A program made the position numbers and the translations under genes. Positions 49,776 to 60,044 of a stretch of 64,000 nucleotides of DNA are shown here, in pieces. Location of the stretch: NCBI GenBank assembly GCA_965199825.1, contig OZ241329.1:512001-576000 (forward strand), given 5' to 3'. This DNA comes from Bdellovibrionales bacterium (GTDB taxonomy: Bacteria; Bdellovibrionota; Bdellovibrionia; Bdellovibrionales; UBA1609). A model generated the notes under the pieces. The model worked only from the letters and a program-made list of their open reading frames with translations, was not told where the DNA came from and did not search any database. Each line of letters begins with the position of its first letter. Position 1 is the first letter of the stretch.

Positions 49776-50533
49776 AGGACACCCATTTTTTAAAATTTGT
49801 TGGTGGCAATTCTCTTTTAACTCGCCAAGTGTTTGTCGAAGTTTTTCGTCGCCCTATCTATCCCCGACTGATCGTCGAACAGATTTATCGAGTGGGAGTC
49901 AAATCCATTCCGCTTGTTCTCATCACCGCTGGGAGTACGGGCATGGTGATGGCTTTGCAATTTGGCACAGGCCTCGAAAAATTTGGCGGCAAATTATATG
50001 TTCCAAAAATTGTGAGCCTCTCGATCATTCGTGAGCTTGGCCCTGTGTTTACATGTTTGATGCTTGCAGCCCGTATTAGTGCGGGCCTCACTTCAGAGAT
50101 CGGCTCGATGAATGTGACCCAACAGATCGATGCGATCCGCGCTCTAGGAACTTCGCCAATAAAACGAATTGTGATTCCACGAGTGATTGCGTGCTTAATT
50201 TCGGTGCCTCTTCTTGCAGCTATGGCCAATGTGATAGGCGTTGCAGGAGGATTATTTGTTGGGGTCAATGATTTGGGGCTTGATCCATTTTTTTATATGC
50301 AAAAAATTAGCGAGACCATTTATATCGGCGATTTTTTATCGGGCATTTTAAAGACCCCATTTTTTGCGATGTTTATCTCGATCCCTGCTTGTTATTATGG
50401 ATTGACGGTTCAGGGCGGCACCCAAGGTGTGGGCAACAACACAACAAAATCGGTTGTGACCTCATGCACATTGATTTTGATTGGTGATTTCTTTTTGACC
50501 AAACTCTTTTTGATTTTTGAGCACATGCGGTGA
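49772..50533 (+). CDS. mlaE: MlaE-family ABC permease
   Basis: RELGPV, EIGSM.VT.QIDA..ALG..P, GVG..TT.SVV. Confidence 0.92.
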   Translation: MKDTHFLKFVGGNSLLTRQVFVEVFRRPIYPRLIVEQIYRVGVKSIPLVLITAGSTGMVMALQFGTGLEKFGGKLYVPKIVSLSIIRELGPVFTCLMLAARISAGLTSEIGSMNVTQQIDAIRALGTSPIKRIVIPRVIACLISVPLLAAMANVIGVAGGLFVGVNDLGLDPFFYMQKISETIYIGDFLSGILKTPFFAMFISIPACYYGLTVQGGTQGVGNNTTKSVVTSCTLILIGDFFLTKLFLIFEHMR

Positions 50534-51258
50534 TTGAGCTTGCCCACTTTCAAAAATCTTTCGAAGGCAAAGTGATTCATCGTGATATCAGCTTTAAGGT
50601 GAACGATGGAGAATGCCTTGGATTGATTGGCGGATCGGGTGTTGGAAAATCGGTGATCTGCCGAAGTCTGATCGGCTTAGAAAAACCAGACAAGGGCGAA
50701 ATCTTTATTGATGGTATTCCCATTTCAAAAATGGATGAGGATCAACTGATCGCCATCCGCCGCAAGGTGGCTTATGTATTTCAAAACGGGGCCTTATTTG
50801 ATTCTATGACGGTGTTTGATAATTTGGCTTACCCCTTACGAGAGCACACCGACATGACCGAGTCAGAAATTGAGTCGCGCATCACCGAGCAGCTCTCTGA
50901 ATTTGGAATGGAAAAATCGGTCAACCTTTACCCTTCAGAACTGTCGGGCGGAATGCAAAAGCGGGTGGGTCTTGCCCGCGCCATTATTTTAAGACCAAAA
51001 ATAGTTTTGTACGACGAGCCCACCGCCGGACTTGATCCCTTTAATACAATTCGAATTCAAGAGATGATCTTGCGTCTAAAAGCCCGCGGGGTCACAAGCG
51101 TTTTTGTTTCGCATGATGTGCCAAGTATCTATGCGGTGTGTGACCGAGTGGCGCTCTTGATGGGCGGAGTTGTAAAGGCCTTTGGAACTCTCAAAGATCT
51201 CGAGCAACAAGAAGGCAGTTTGCTTAAAAAGTTTATGAACGGTGAGGAAACAACATGA
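50530..51258 (+). CDS. mlaF: MlaF-family ABC ATPase
   Basis: GGSGVGKS, FQNGALFDS, LSGGMQKRV, DEPTAGLDP. Confidence 0.92.
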   Translation: MIELAHFQKSFEGKVIHRDISFKVNDGECLGLIGGSGVGKSVICRSLIGLEKPDKGEIFIDGIPISKMDEDQLIAIRRKVAYVFQNGALFDSMTVFDNLAYPLREHTDMTESEIESRITEQLSEFGMEKSVNLYPSELSGGMQKRVGLARAIILRPKIVLYDEPTAGLDPFNTIRIQEMILRLKARGVTSVFVSHDVPSIYAVCDRVALLMGGVVKAFGTLKDLEQQEGSLLKKFMNGEETT

Positions 51259-52073
51259 AGCAAAATAACACAACAAACGACGCTAAAGTGGGTTTGTTTG
51301 TTTCGCTAGGTATCACAGCGGTCTTGATTTCGATTTTAGTATTCGGTGGAGACCGAATGTTTTTTTCATCTACCTACAGATTGCGTTTACAACTCAAAGA
51401 TGTGCAAGGCCTCGCGCCAGGAAGTGTGGTCAGTCTCGCAGGACTTCGAGTGGGCAATGTTAAAGATATTGAATTCAACACCGAAGCCAACAAGCTCGAA
51501 GTCATTTTAAGTGTCGAAAGAAAATTTCAAAACAAAATCACCACCGATGCCTCAGCCACAATCAAAACCCAAGGTGCCCTCGGCGATCGATTTATTTATA
51601 TTGATCCCCACGCCGCCCACGGCGAAATCCTAAAAGAGAACTCACTGTTATTTTCGGCAGACAGTCCCGATATTTTCGAAATGATCACCGCAAAAGGTGC
51701 CGAGTTCGGCAATATTTTAGAGGTCATCAAAGAAGTGCGAGTGTTACTCCACAGCCTGAATGAAAACGGCCGCAGCTCACAGTTTATGGAGAATATGGTT
51801 TTGATGAGTCAAAACATGAACAGTTTAGCTATGGAAGCTAAGCTTGCACTTCGCGAAGTGCGCGGCACCGACAAAGATCCACAGCTGAAGCAAACAATGA
51901 CATCACTTCATAATGTCCTCAAAAAAATTGACCAAGGCGATGGCACTTTAGGTGCGCTGATCAACGATCCATCATTACATGATCGATTGATGTCTTTTTT
52001 GGGTGAAACCCCACGCAACAAATTTATGAAGTCTTTGATTCGGCAGAGTATTCAGGATGGGGATCGGAAGTAA
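51255..52073 (+). CDS. mlaD: MlaD/MCE-family protein
   Basis: N-terminal TM, GL..GS.V..AG..VG.V, G.LGD.FI. Confidence 0.9.
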   Translation: MKQNNTTNDAKVGLFVSLGITAVLISILVFGGDRMFFSSTYRLRLQLKDVQGLAPGSVVSLAGLRVGNVKDIEFNTEANKLEVILSVERKFQNKITTDASATIKTQGALGDRFIYIDPHAAHGEILKENSLLFSADSPDIFEMITAKGAEFGNILEVIKEVRVLLHSLNENGRSSQFMENMVLMSQNMNSLAMEAKLALREVRGTDKDPQLKQTMTSLHNVLKKIDQGDGTLGALINDPSLHDRLMSFLGETPRNKFMKSLIRQSIQDGDRK

Positions 52074-52141
52074 GCGCGGGTTTGCGCATTGCCTGCTTTT
52101 CAGTTCTGAGCTCAATTTGTTAAGATGTAGCATACCTTCGT

Positions 52142-52951
52142 TCACTGCCTCTGGTGATGGGCACGATGGTGCCCCGAACACAGCAAAGTGAGATTCTCCA
52201 AAGTGTCAGGTCCACCCAATGACTTCGGAATTATGTGATGAATATCTAAATGCCGTCGCGCCGAACACCGTTCGCCATTTTCATCAATATGGGTGCACTG
52301 TCCTCCGTGCTGCTGATGAAGCTGACGTTTGATTGTAAGCTTGGATACACTCTGAGGCGGGCACGATTTTTTAATCGGATCTAATTTTTCCAACAATAAT
52401 TGTGTTGCCTGATCATGAACATCTTGAATAGTTGCAGCCCGTTTAAGTTTTTGGCTCAGCAAATCTTGTGCGCGTTGAATGTCGCTATATTTTTCTTCGC
52501 TCACCGCATAAGAAATTTTAATCAAAGTTGTTTCACCAACTTGTTTGTATTGCGCAAGCTCAGGAATCGCCGTCTCAGGTTTGACCTTTGCAATTTCTTT
52601 TTCAAGATTCCGTTTTGTGGTTTTGGCTTTAGCAAACCAGTCGAGAGCATTTTCTTGAGTGATCACACTCACAAGCCGATTTGCTTTTGACACCGAGAGC
52701 TCGCCCGACGCAATTTGGGTTTTAAGAGCTGGAACTTCGGTAAATTTTTTTGCGAGCTTATTAAAGATGCTCGCAAGTTCTTCTGACATTTTTAATTTTT
52801 TTGTTGAGTATTCAAAAAGCGAATTGCAATCAAACTTATAATAACTTTTGTTGCGCCACACTTGCTCAAGCGCATTGAGCAAAGCCATTTCGGTAGCTCG
52901 GTGGTTGGCGGCAGCAATCACTGCCTCGTTATGAATTTTTTGATGGCTCAT
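52142..52951 (-). CDS. HNH endonuclease, copy 3
   Basis: Full-length paralog, LDIHHIIP..GG.D..ENL..LCSGHH. Confidence 0.9.
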   Translation of the reverse strand: MSHQKIHNEAVIAAANHRATEMALLNALEQVWRNKSYYKFDCNSLFEYSTKKLKMSEELASIFNKLAKKFTEVPALKTQIASGELSVSKANRLVSVITQENALDWFAKAKTTKRNLEKEIAKVKPETAIPELAQYKQVGETTLIKISYAVSEEKYSDIQRAQDLLSQKLKRAATIQDVHDQATQLLLEKLDPIKKSCPPQSVSKLTIKRQLHQQHGGQCTHIDENGERCSARRHLDIHHIIPKSLGGPDTLENLTLLCSGHHRAHHQRQ

Positions 52952-52957
52952 AAATAT

Positions 52958-52981
52958 CTCCTATTTATAGGGAGTTTAACA
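52958..52981 (-). promoter_or_regulatory. Extended -10 (TGtTAAACT) with SD-sequestering hairpin ctcc(c)ta-taaa-taggag
   Basis: Positional homolog of 836-860 and 23339-23364. Confidence 0.7.
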
Positions 52982-53178
52982 TGACTTTTTTAGAGGGGCC
53001 TTTTGATGGACTCATTGATGATTTTTAATAACCTGTTTTTGATTTAATATTTGCATAGAGAAGCGCGCCTTGAGGATGAGTGTTCAAAACACAATCGACT
53101 GATTCAGTTTTTGCAACTGAAGGCATTTTTTCGCATTGAAAAATGCGTCAATCTTTTTTTCGGGAGATTATGAATTTT

Positions 53179-53407
53179 GTGGGCACGATCATTTTAGATC
53201 AGAAACTACGGTGGGCACGATCATTTTTAAATCAGAGATCTAACGAAAACTCCGAAGGTGTTTGGTTTTTGTCTAGGGTTAAGCGGTGGGTAAACCTAAA
53301 ACAAAACTGGGCACGACAATTTCTAGATTAAAATTCTAACCAAATTTCCGACGGTGTTTGGTTTTTATTTAGGTTAAAACTTGATCGAGGCTAAAGAGCG
53401 GGCACGA
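53179..53407 (-). repeat. Upstream motif array of HNH copy 3, with 32-bp and ~91-96-bp duplications
   Basis: GGGCACGA at 53181, 53213, 53309 and 53400, with duplicated flanks (tccga.ggtgtttggttttt). Confidence 0.9.
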
Positions 53408-53462
53408 AAATTCAGACTCTAGACTAAGCACCATTCGCACTCAGGTTTAAACAACCAAACTC

Positions 53463-53813
53463 CTACAAATTAATCTTATCTAACTGCTCTGAAAAATCTT
53501 CGACCTTGAGTCCTTGCAGCGAGCGCTGATCTTGGGTCAATCGAATATGATGAACAAAAGTTCTTGCGAGATAAATATTAATTCGGGCTTTCATTGGCTG
53601 GAGCAAATAGGTCATTTCATTCATGTGGGCACTTGAGGCGACCCACACAATCAATCGACCTTTTTTGAATTCGACGGGCTTTGAAACCTCTGCCCACTCA
53701 GGACCGATCACCTCGCCCCAATAGCGCCATAGGCGCCAACGAACAAATTGCTCCGCGAGCGGTGACTTGCTATTTTGTAAAAGGCTTTGTAGGACGTCGG
53801 ATGCAGATTTCAT
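53463..53813 (-). CDS. DUF721/DciA-like protein
   Basis: W.EVIG......P.....G.L.V.V.SSA...E. Start at MKSASD. Confidence 0.75.
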   Translation of the reverse strand: MKSASDVLQSLLQNSKSPLAEQFVRWRLWRYWGEVIGPEWAEVSKPVEFKKGRLIVWVASSAHMNEMTYLLQPMKARINIYLARTFVHHIRLTQDQRSLQGLKVEDFSEQLDKINL

Positions 53814-53831
53814 GATACAAAAAGGAATAGC

Positions 53832-55205
53832 ATGATCAGAAATACTCGGCCAATTTATATCGTCGGCGCTGGACTGAGCGGCTCCGAATGCGCCTTTCAG
53901 CTCGCTGAAATGGGATTTCAGGTTCATCTGTTTGAGATGCGCGGGGTGCACAAAACGCCGGCGCATAAAACCTCAGATTTTGCAGAGCTTGTGTGCTCCA
54001 ATTCTTTTGGGAGCGAGACCGATTACTCAGCTCCTGGTCAGCTCAAATGGGAGGCTCAAGCGCTCAAGTCGCTGATCCTTCGTGTTGGCCAAGAGATGCG
54101 TGTGCCTGCAGGTATGGCGCTTAGTGTGGACCGCGAGGCCTTTGCTCAACGTGTGACTGAAATCATTCGCTCGCATCCCAACATCACCGTGCACCAAACC
54201 CAAATCGATCGCTTGAGTGATTTACCTCGACCACTGGTTGTTGCGACAGGGCCGCTCACCTCTGAGTCATTGGCGCAAGACCTACGCAGCCACTTTGATC
54301 ATGAATTTCTTTATTTTTTTGATGCGATTGCACCGATCGTTGCGGCTGATTCGATTGATACCTCGATTGCGTGGAAGGCTGATCGCTTCGATAAGGGGAC
54401 AAAAGATTATTACAACTGCCCCATGAATCAAGATCAATATTTTCAGTTTATAGAAGAAATTAAGAAAGCTCGCAAAATCGAATCTAAAGATTTCGAAAAA
54501 GACACGCCTTATTTTCAGGGATGTATGCCGATCGAAGCAATTGTTGAAACGGGCGATCAGACTTTAAGATTTGGTCCGCTCTCGCCCAAAGGACTTCGCG
54601 ATCCGCGCACGGGACTCAACGCCTATGCGGTGGTGCAACTTCGTCAAGACAACAAGGCCGCCACCGCATTCAATATGGTGGGCTTTCAAACCAAGATGGC
54701 TTACGGCGAGCAACAAAGAATTTTTAAAATGATTCCGGGTTTACAAGACGCCGAGTTTTTAAAATTAGGCAGCATTCATCGCAATCTTTATATTCAGAGT
54801 CCAAAAAAACTTACCCAGATTTTAAGCTCGCATAAAGATCCTGAACTTTTTTTTGCGGGCCAAATCACCGGTGTTGAAGGATACTTCGAGTCCACTTGCA
54901 TCGGACTTCTCATTGCCCATTTTATTCGGGACCTCGAACTCAACCGACCGGTTTCGCTTCCTCCGCGCGCCACCGCATTTGGTTCGCTGTTGAATGCGAT
55001 TACCGAAGACAATGACGACTTTCAGCCCACCAACATCAATTTTGGTTTATTTCCGCCAGCGGTATTAAAGACTCGCGACAAGCGCGCCAAAAAAGAGTCA
55101 CAATTGAATTTGGCCAAATCTGAATTTGAAAAATGGCTCTCTAAAGAATGGAATTTTTTGTCAGAGCGAAAATCAGATTCACTCGCAATCGCAACCGGGT
55201 CCTGA
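53832..55205 (+). CDS. trmFO: Folate-dependent tRNA m5U54 methyltransferase
   Basis: GAGLSGSE.A, AELVCSNS, FFDAIAP, GCMPIE, AGQITGVEGY. Confidence 0.96.
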   Translation: MIRNTRPIYIVGAGLSGSECAFQLAEMGFQVHLFEMRGVHKTPAHKTSDFAELVCSNSFGSETDYSAPGQLKWEAQALKSLILRVGQEMRVPAGMALSVDREAFAQRVTEIIRSHPNITVHQTQIDRLSDLPRPLVVATGPLTSESLAQDLRSHFDHEFLYFFDAIAPIVAADSIDTSIAWKADRFDKGTKDYYNCPMNQDQYFQFIEEIKKARKIESKDFEKDTPYFQGCMPIEAIVETGDQTLRFGPLSPKGLRDPRTGLNAYAVVQLRQDNKAATAFNMVGFQTKMAYGEQQRIFKMIPGLQDAEFLKLGSIHRNLYIQSPKKLTQILSSHKDPELFFAGQITGVEGYFESTCIGLLIAHFIRDLELNRPVSLPPRATAFGSLLNAITEDNDDFQPTNINFGLFPPAVLKTRDKRAKKESQLNLAKSEFEKWLSKEWNFLSERKSDSLAIATGS

Positions 55206-55682
55206 GCAATCATTGCAGTCGAGAGTTTTGTAAATTCGAAGCTCTCCCGGATAAATCCCTAAGCTTGAGGGGCACGAGCAAGTTTTGAGTCTGCTCCCTT
55301 GGCCCTCAAATCTATGTTTGTCATAAAATGCTTTCTCGATACGAGGCTGGTCAAAAAGTTGTTTTAAGATTTCAGCACCTTTTTGGCAGGTTTCGTTTTC
55401 TGAGGCGACTGAACGCTCGCTCACATTTTTGGATTGCTCCGCACATGGAACAGCCAACAATTTTTGGCGCTGCTCGTTGATTTTTTTGAAGGAATAAATT
55501 CTTAAAGGGGGTGGGCAATCTGTTTTGCAATGACAACTGAGGTCGGCAACACGGTCAGGCCCCACTAACTGTAATCCCACAGAGCGAAATCGCCTGATCA
55601 ATTCGCCCTCAATTTGTGAGCACTGGTCGGGTGAAATCGAAGCTGCATTTAATAAACCAACTATAAATAAAAATATCATCAC
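55179..55682 (-). CDS. Cys-rich hypothetical secreted protein
   Basis: Short hydrophobic N-terminus, about 11 Cys, internal C.C.....LRIY duplication. Confidence 0.6.
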   Translation of the reverse strand: MMIFLFIVGLLNAASISPDQCSQIEGELIRRFRSVGLQLVGPDRVADLSCHCKTDCPPPLRIYSFKKINEQRQKLLAVPCAEQSKNVSERSVASENETCQKGAEILKQLFDQPRIEKAFYDKHRFEGQGSRLKTCSCPSSLGIYPGELRIYKTLDCNDCSGPGCDCE

Positions 55683-55687
55683 TCAAG

Positions 55688-56092
55688 ATGACACAAAAAA
55701 TATTAATTTGGCAGAAATTTAAGCAATTGGTAATGTCGCTTATGACCTATTTTATCTTAAGTCTCTTGTCGGCGCATGCCTTTGGATTTTTAGATTATGT
55801 GGTGACCGATGTGGTCTGTGCGTCTGGGCATCCGGTAAGCAATTTTAATGAGACCGTCAGTATCGGCACAGTCATTTCGGAACGCTTGACACCGAACGTA
55901 AATGAACTCACTCGGTTTTATTCTGAACTGAATCAAGACCTTCACCAGATCTTAAGCGACAAAGAAAAAATTGTTCTCTTTACGAATACCACACGAGACA
56001 AGTCTCACTACACCGACGGTCGACTTCCCTGTGAAGAGGGCGAGCAGTATCTTGCCATTGGCAAGCCCGACAAACCAATTATTCAACAGTAA
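55688..56092 (+). CDS. Hypothetical secreted protein
   Basis: Signal-like MTYFILSLLSAHA. The start is probably the later Met. Confidence 0.5.
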   Translation: MTQKILIWQKFKQLVMSLMTYFILSLLSAHAFGFLDYVVTDVVCASGHPVSNFNETVSIGTVISERLTPNVNELTRFYSELNQDLHQILSDKEKIVLFTNTTRDKSHYTDGRLPCEEGEQYLAIGKPDKPIIQQ

Positions 56093-57956
56093 CTGATTTG
56101 GCCAAATTTCTGGGTTGATCCACATCATTCCCCATACTCACCGCCAGATGATACGCCAGCAACTGAACCACCACCACTTCTAACAGCGGCATTGTGAACC
56201 ATGGTACATTTGGCAAAGACAGATAATGAAGTGAGAGTTCTCGCAATCTCTCGTTTGAACCCGTCCCGATAGAAATCAACTGCCCCCCGCGCGCCTTTGC
56301 TTCTTCGAGATTACTAATTGTTTTTTCATAAAGTTGATCCGATGGTGCAAGGGTTACGATTGCAATATTTGGATCGATAAGAGCGAGTGGTCCGTGTTTC
56401 ATTTCGCCTGCGGCATAACCTTCGGCGTGGATATAGGCGAGTTCTTTTAATTTTAAGGCACCCTCAAGGGCAATAGGATAGTGAATGCCACGACCCATAT
56501 ACAAAAAACCTTTATACTTTTTAAATTCGTTTGCGACCTCACCAAAAAATTTATCGTAAGACAAAACAGTATCCATATGAATAGGAACACTCAGGAGTTC
56601 CATCACATTTTTGGCTTCGTCTTGCCCGTGACCATGAACTTGGGCAAGTGCTAATGCCAAAACATTTAATACCGCAAGTGTGCTTGAAAATGCTTTGGTA
56701 CTGGCAACTCCCACCTCAGCGCCCGAATTCATATACAGATGACCTTCGGCCTCGCGATCGATGGTGCTGCGACGAACATTGCAAATGCTTAAGGTCTTTA
56801 ATCCCTTTTCTTTTGCAAGTCTTAGGGCTGCAAGTGTGTCGGCAGTTTCACCACTTTGTGAAATCACAACAACCAAAGTTTTTTTATCCACCACCGGCGA
56901 GCGATAGCGAAATTCACTCGCCACATCACATTCCACCGGAAGATGTGCGAGCTGCTCAATTAAATATTTACCGGCAAGGGCTGCATAGTAACTTGTGCCA
57001 CAGGCCACAAAAAAAAGCCGATCGGTTTGTTGCAAAACCTGTTTTGTTTTTTGCCAGTCTTTTTCAAAATCCAATTTTTCAAGATCATTAAAGGCTTCAC
57101 CAAAACCAACTCTGTTGAGTTTTACAGTTTTGTTTTCAACATCGATATGCGGAGCCAAAGCTTTGGCGACCGAGCGCGGCTGCTCAAAGATTTCTTTAAG
57201 CATAAAATGATCAAAGCCGCCTTTTTCAACTTTTTCGGCATCCCAATTCACTTTGGATAAAGGGCGTTTGAGAGTCTCACCTTTAATATTAAATACGGTC
57301 ATCTGATGACCCTGAACTTGCAAGATTTCGCCATCCTCAAGGTACAAAACATTTTTTGTATAAGGAACCACTGCTTGAAGATCACTGGCGATGATCACAG
57401 CGCTGTCGGTTTGTCCTGCAATTAACGGCGGCCCATTTTTAAAAGCGATAATCTCGTTGGGACTTTGTTGCGACACAACTAAGATGGCGTAAGCCCCATG
57501 AAGTTTTGGAATGGTATTTAAAACCGCTTGGAGCAGATTTTTGGTAGTTTTATTTTCGCGAGAGATCAGGTGGGCAACAAGCTCTGAGTCGGTGTCGGAC
57601 TCAAAAACTGCCCCCTCTTTTTTGAGTTGGTCTTTAAGATCTAAATAATTTTCGATGATTCCATTGTGAACAAGACTAATCCCTTCGACCACATGGGGAT
57701 GAGCATTGCGCTCATTGGGAGGACCATGAGTCGCCCAGCGAGTGTGGCCAATACCAACATGACCATCAAAGGTTTGATCTTTTAATTTTTTTGAAAGAAC
57801 ATTGAGCTTACCCGCAGCCCGGACTCGCTTGAATTGGCCATGATCCAAAATTGCAATCCCGGCGCTGTCGTATCCGCGATACTCGAGTGTGCGCAAGCCC
57901 TCTAAGATCACCTCTTTTGGATCTTGATTTCCTGAATAGCCAACGATTCCACACAT
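56079..57956 (-). CDS. glmS: Glutamine-fructose-6-phosphate aminotransferase
   Basis: MCGIVG, GHTRWATHG, SQSGET, PRNLAKSVTVE. Confidence 0.98.
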   Translation of the reverse strand: MCGIVGYSGNQDPKEVILEGLRTLEYRGYDSAGIAILDHGQFKRVRAAGKLNVLSKKLKDQTFDGHVGIGHTRWATHGPPNERNAHPHVVEGISLVHNGIIENYLDLKDQLKKEGAVFESDTDSELVAHLISRENKTTKNLLQAVLNTIPKLHGAYAILVVSQQSPNEIIAFKNGPPLIAGQTDSAVIIASDLQAVVPYTKNVLYLEDGEILQVQGHQMTVFNIKGETLKRPLSKVNWDAEKVEKGGFDHFMLKEIFEQPRSVAKALAPHIDVENKTVKLNRVGFGEAFNDLEKLDFEKDWQKTKQVLQQTDRLFFVACGTSYYAALAGKYLIEQLAHLPVECDVASEFRYRSPVVDKKTLVVVISQSGETADTLAALRLAKEKGLKTLSICNVRRSTIDREAEGHLYMNSGAEVGVASTKAFSSTLAVLNVLALALAQVHGHGQDEAKNVMELLSVPIHMDTVLSYDKFFGEVANEFKKYKGFLYMGRGIHYPIALEGALKLKELAYIHAEGYAAGEMKHGPLALIDPNIAIVTLAPSDQLYEKTISNLEEAKARGGQLISIGTGSNERLRELSLHYLSLPNVPWFTMPLLEVVVVQLLAYHLAVSMGNDVDQPRNLAKSVTVE

Positions 57957-57961
57957 TTTAT

Positions 57962-59344
57962 TTAAACCTTTTTTCGATAATTTTCTTTTGCTACTTGGCG
58001 CGCTCGGGCAACTGCCAAAGAATTTTCTGATACATCTTTTGTGATCGTCGATCCAGCCCCAATAATCGCGCCGTCGCCAATCACCACGGGTGCGACAAAT
58101 TGGACATCACTGCCAACAAAAACATTATTGCCAATTGTGGTCTGATATTTTTTTAGATCTGCTGCATAATTGCAGGTGATCGTGCCGCAACCGATGTTGG
58201 TGTCTTCACCAACCACCGCATCTCCTAGGTAAGTCAGATGTGAGGCTTTTGAGCGCGCACCAAATTTTACTTTTTTAAGTTCAACAAAATTACCGATCTT
58301 TGATTCTTCACCGATTTCGGTTTCGGGTCTGAGGCGAGCGTAGGGTCCTACTACACTACGAGCTTTGACCACCGCTTTTTCGAGATAAGAACCTTGTCGA
58401 ATTTGAACGCTGTCTTCGATGGTCGACTCATTCAAAAAACAATGGGGCTCGATCACACAAAACCGACCAATTTTGGTTTTGGATTTAATAAAGCTACCAG
58501 GATAAATCACCGAGCCCTCACCAATTTCGACCCCAGGCTCAATGTAAGTGTTACGATCATCAAGAATCACCACACCATTTTCCATATGCTTGTGGGCACT
58601 CGCACGAAATACAAATTGCGAAGCCTTCATCAACTCAGCTTGTGAGTTCACCCCAAACGACACCCGTTGTGGAAAAGATTTGGCCTCTACCGATTTATGA
58701 TCTTCGCGTAAAAGCGAGACAATATCGGTCAAATAAAATTCTTTTTGTGAGTTTTGATTTTTAATTTTTGGTAAATATTCGGCCAAAATTTCGGCTCGAG
58801 TAATATAAATTCCAGAATTCACTTCGCGAATTTTTTTTGTTTCAGGCCCCGCGTCTTTGACCTCGACAATACTATGAAGCAAATTATTTTCGCGAACAAT
58901 CCGACCAAGACTTCCAGGATTTTTTAAGATCGATGTGACCACAATCAAGTCGCACGAGGATTGATAAAATTCTTCGACCATCGCTTGGATATCTTTGGCC
59001 TCGACAAGAGGCGCATCCCCACTCAGAATAATCACAATATCTTTGAGAGTTTCGGGTTGTGACGCTTGCACCGCGTTAGCTGTGCCTTTTTGCTCTTCCT
59101 GTTTGAAACACTGAGCACCGATTGGCTCAACCACTCGGCGCACCAGCTCCTCGCCACTCCCAACCACCACGCGGATTTCATAACTTCCGGCTAATTTTGC
59201 GGCGAGCACAACTTTTCGAATCATCGGATCGCCGGCGACTGGATGTAAGACCTTGGGCAAAGGAGATTTCATCCGCGTTCCTTTGCCAGCGGCTAGAATA
59301 ATCGTGGAGAATAATCGTTGAGGCATTTTTAATGGTTGTAACAC
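57962..59344 (-). CDS. glmU: Bifunctional UDP-GlcNAc pyrophosphorylase/acetyltransferase
   Basis: LAAGKGTRMKS, hexapeptide repeats, HLTYLGDA, ITCNY. Confidence 0.97.
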   Translation of the reverse strand: MLQPLKMPQRLFSTIILAAGKGTRMKSPLPKVLHPVAGDPMIRKVVLAAKLAGSYEIRVVVGSGEELVRRVVEPIGAQCFKQEEQKGTANAVQASQPETLKDIVIILSGDAPLVEAKDIQAMVEEFYQSSCDLIVVTSILKNPGSLGRIVRENNLLHSIVEVKDAGPETKKIREVNSGIYITRAEILAEYLPKIKNQNSQKEFYLTDIVSLLREDHKSVEAKSFPQRVSFGVNSQAELMKASQFVFRASAHKHMENGVVILDDRNTYIEPGVEIGEGSVIYPGSFIKSKTKIGRFCVIEPHCFLNESTIEDSVQIRQGSYLEKAVVKARSVVGPYARLRPETEIGEESKIGNFVELKKVKFGARSKASHLTYLGDAVVGEDTNIGCGTITCNYAADLKKYQTTIGNNVFVGSDVQFVAPVVIGDGAIIGAGSTITKDVSENSLAVARARQVAKENYRKKV

Positions 59345-59384
59345 ATCTCTCTCAAGGTCAAGGAAGGAGCGGCCAATTTCTCAA

Positions 59385-60044
59385 GTGATTGATTGTCCAA
59401 CATGGGCATTTTCTCGAGGACAAAAATCGATTCGGCTTGTTGCAAGCGATGAGCTCGAAAATATTCACAAACCCATTTTACTGATTGGCGGCGTTCACGG
59501 CGACGAGCCCGAGGGAACCACACTAGCCTTGTCTGTTTTGGATTGGCTGATCGATGATGCAGGAAAGCAACATTCTTGGATTGTGATTCCGGTTTTAAAT
59601 CCTGATGGTGTTGAAAAAAAAGAGCGAGTCAACGGAGCAGGCGTCGATCTCAATCGCAATTATCCATCAAAAAGTTGGTCTAAAGATTTTACTCAGCCGC
59701 GCTATAATCCAGGCCCTTTTCCGGCGAGCGAACCCGAGATCGCAGCACTTGTTCAATTGATTGAAAAAACAAAACCGCGACTCATCATCCATTGTCATTC
59801 ATGGCATCCGTGCATTGTTGCGGTTGGAAATCCTTTAGAGGCCCAAACGCTCTCAGCAGTGAGTGGCTACAAATTAATGGAAGATATCGGTTACCCCACA
59901 CCAGGAAGTTTATCTGAATACGGTTGGTTTGATCATCAGATCCCGGTGATCTGTATTGAAGAACAAGAAAACATTGATCTCCAAACCATTTGGCCGCGGT
60001 TTCAAACCGCGTTCGAAACTATTTTTAGAGGTGATCAAAATTGA
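59385..60044 (+). CDS. M14 zinc carboxypeptidase, murein peptide amidase MpaA-like
   Basis: GVHGDE, NPDG, RVN..GVDLNRN, SEPE, YPTPGS. Confidence 0.85.
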   Translation: MIDCPTWAFSRGQKSIRLVASDELENIHKPILLIGGVHGDEPEGTTLALSVLDWLIDDAGKQHSWIVIPVLNPDGVEKKERVNGAGVDLNRNYPSKSWSKDFTQPRYNPGPFPASEPEIAALVQLIEKTKPRLIIHCHSWHPCIVAVGNPLEAQTLSAVSGYKLMEDIGYPTPGSLSEYGWFDHQIPVICIEEQENIDLQTIWPRFQTAFETIFRGDQN

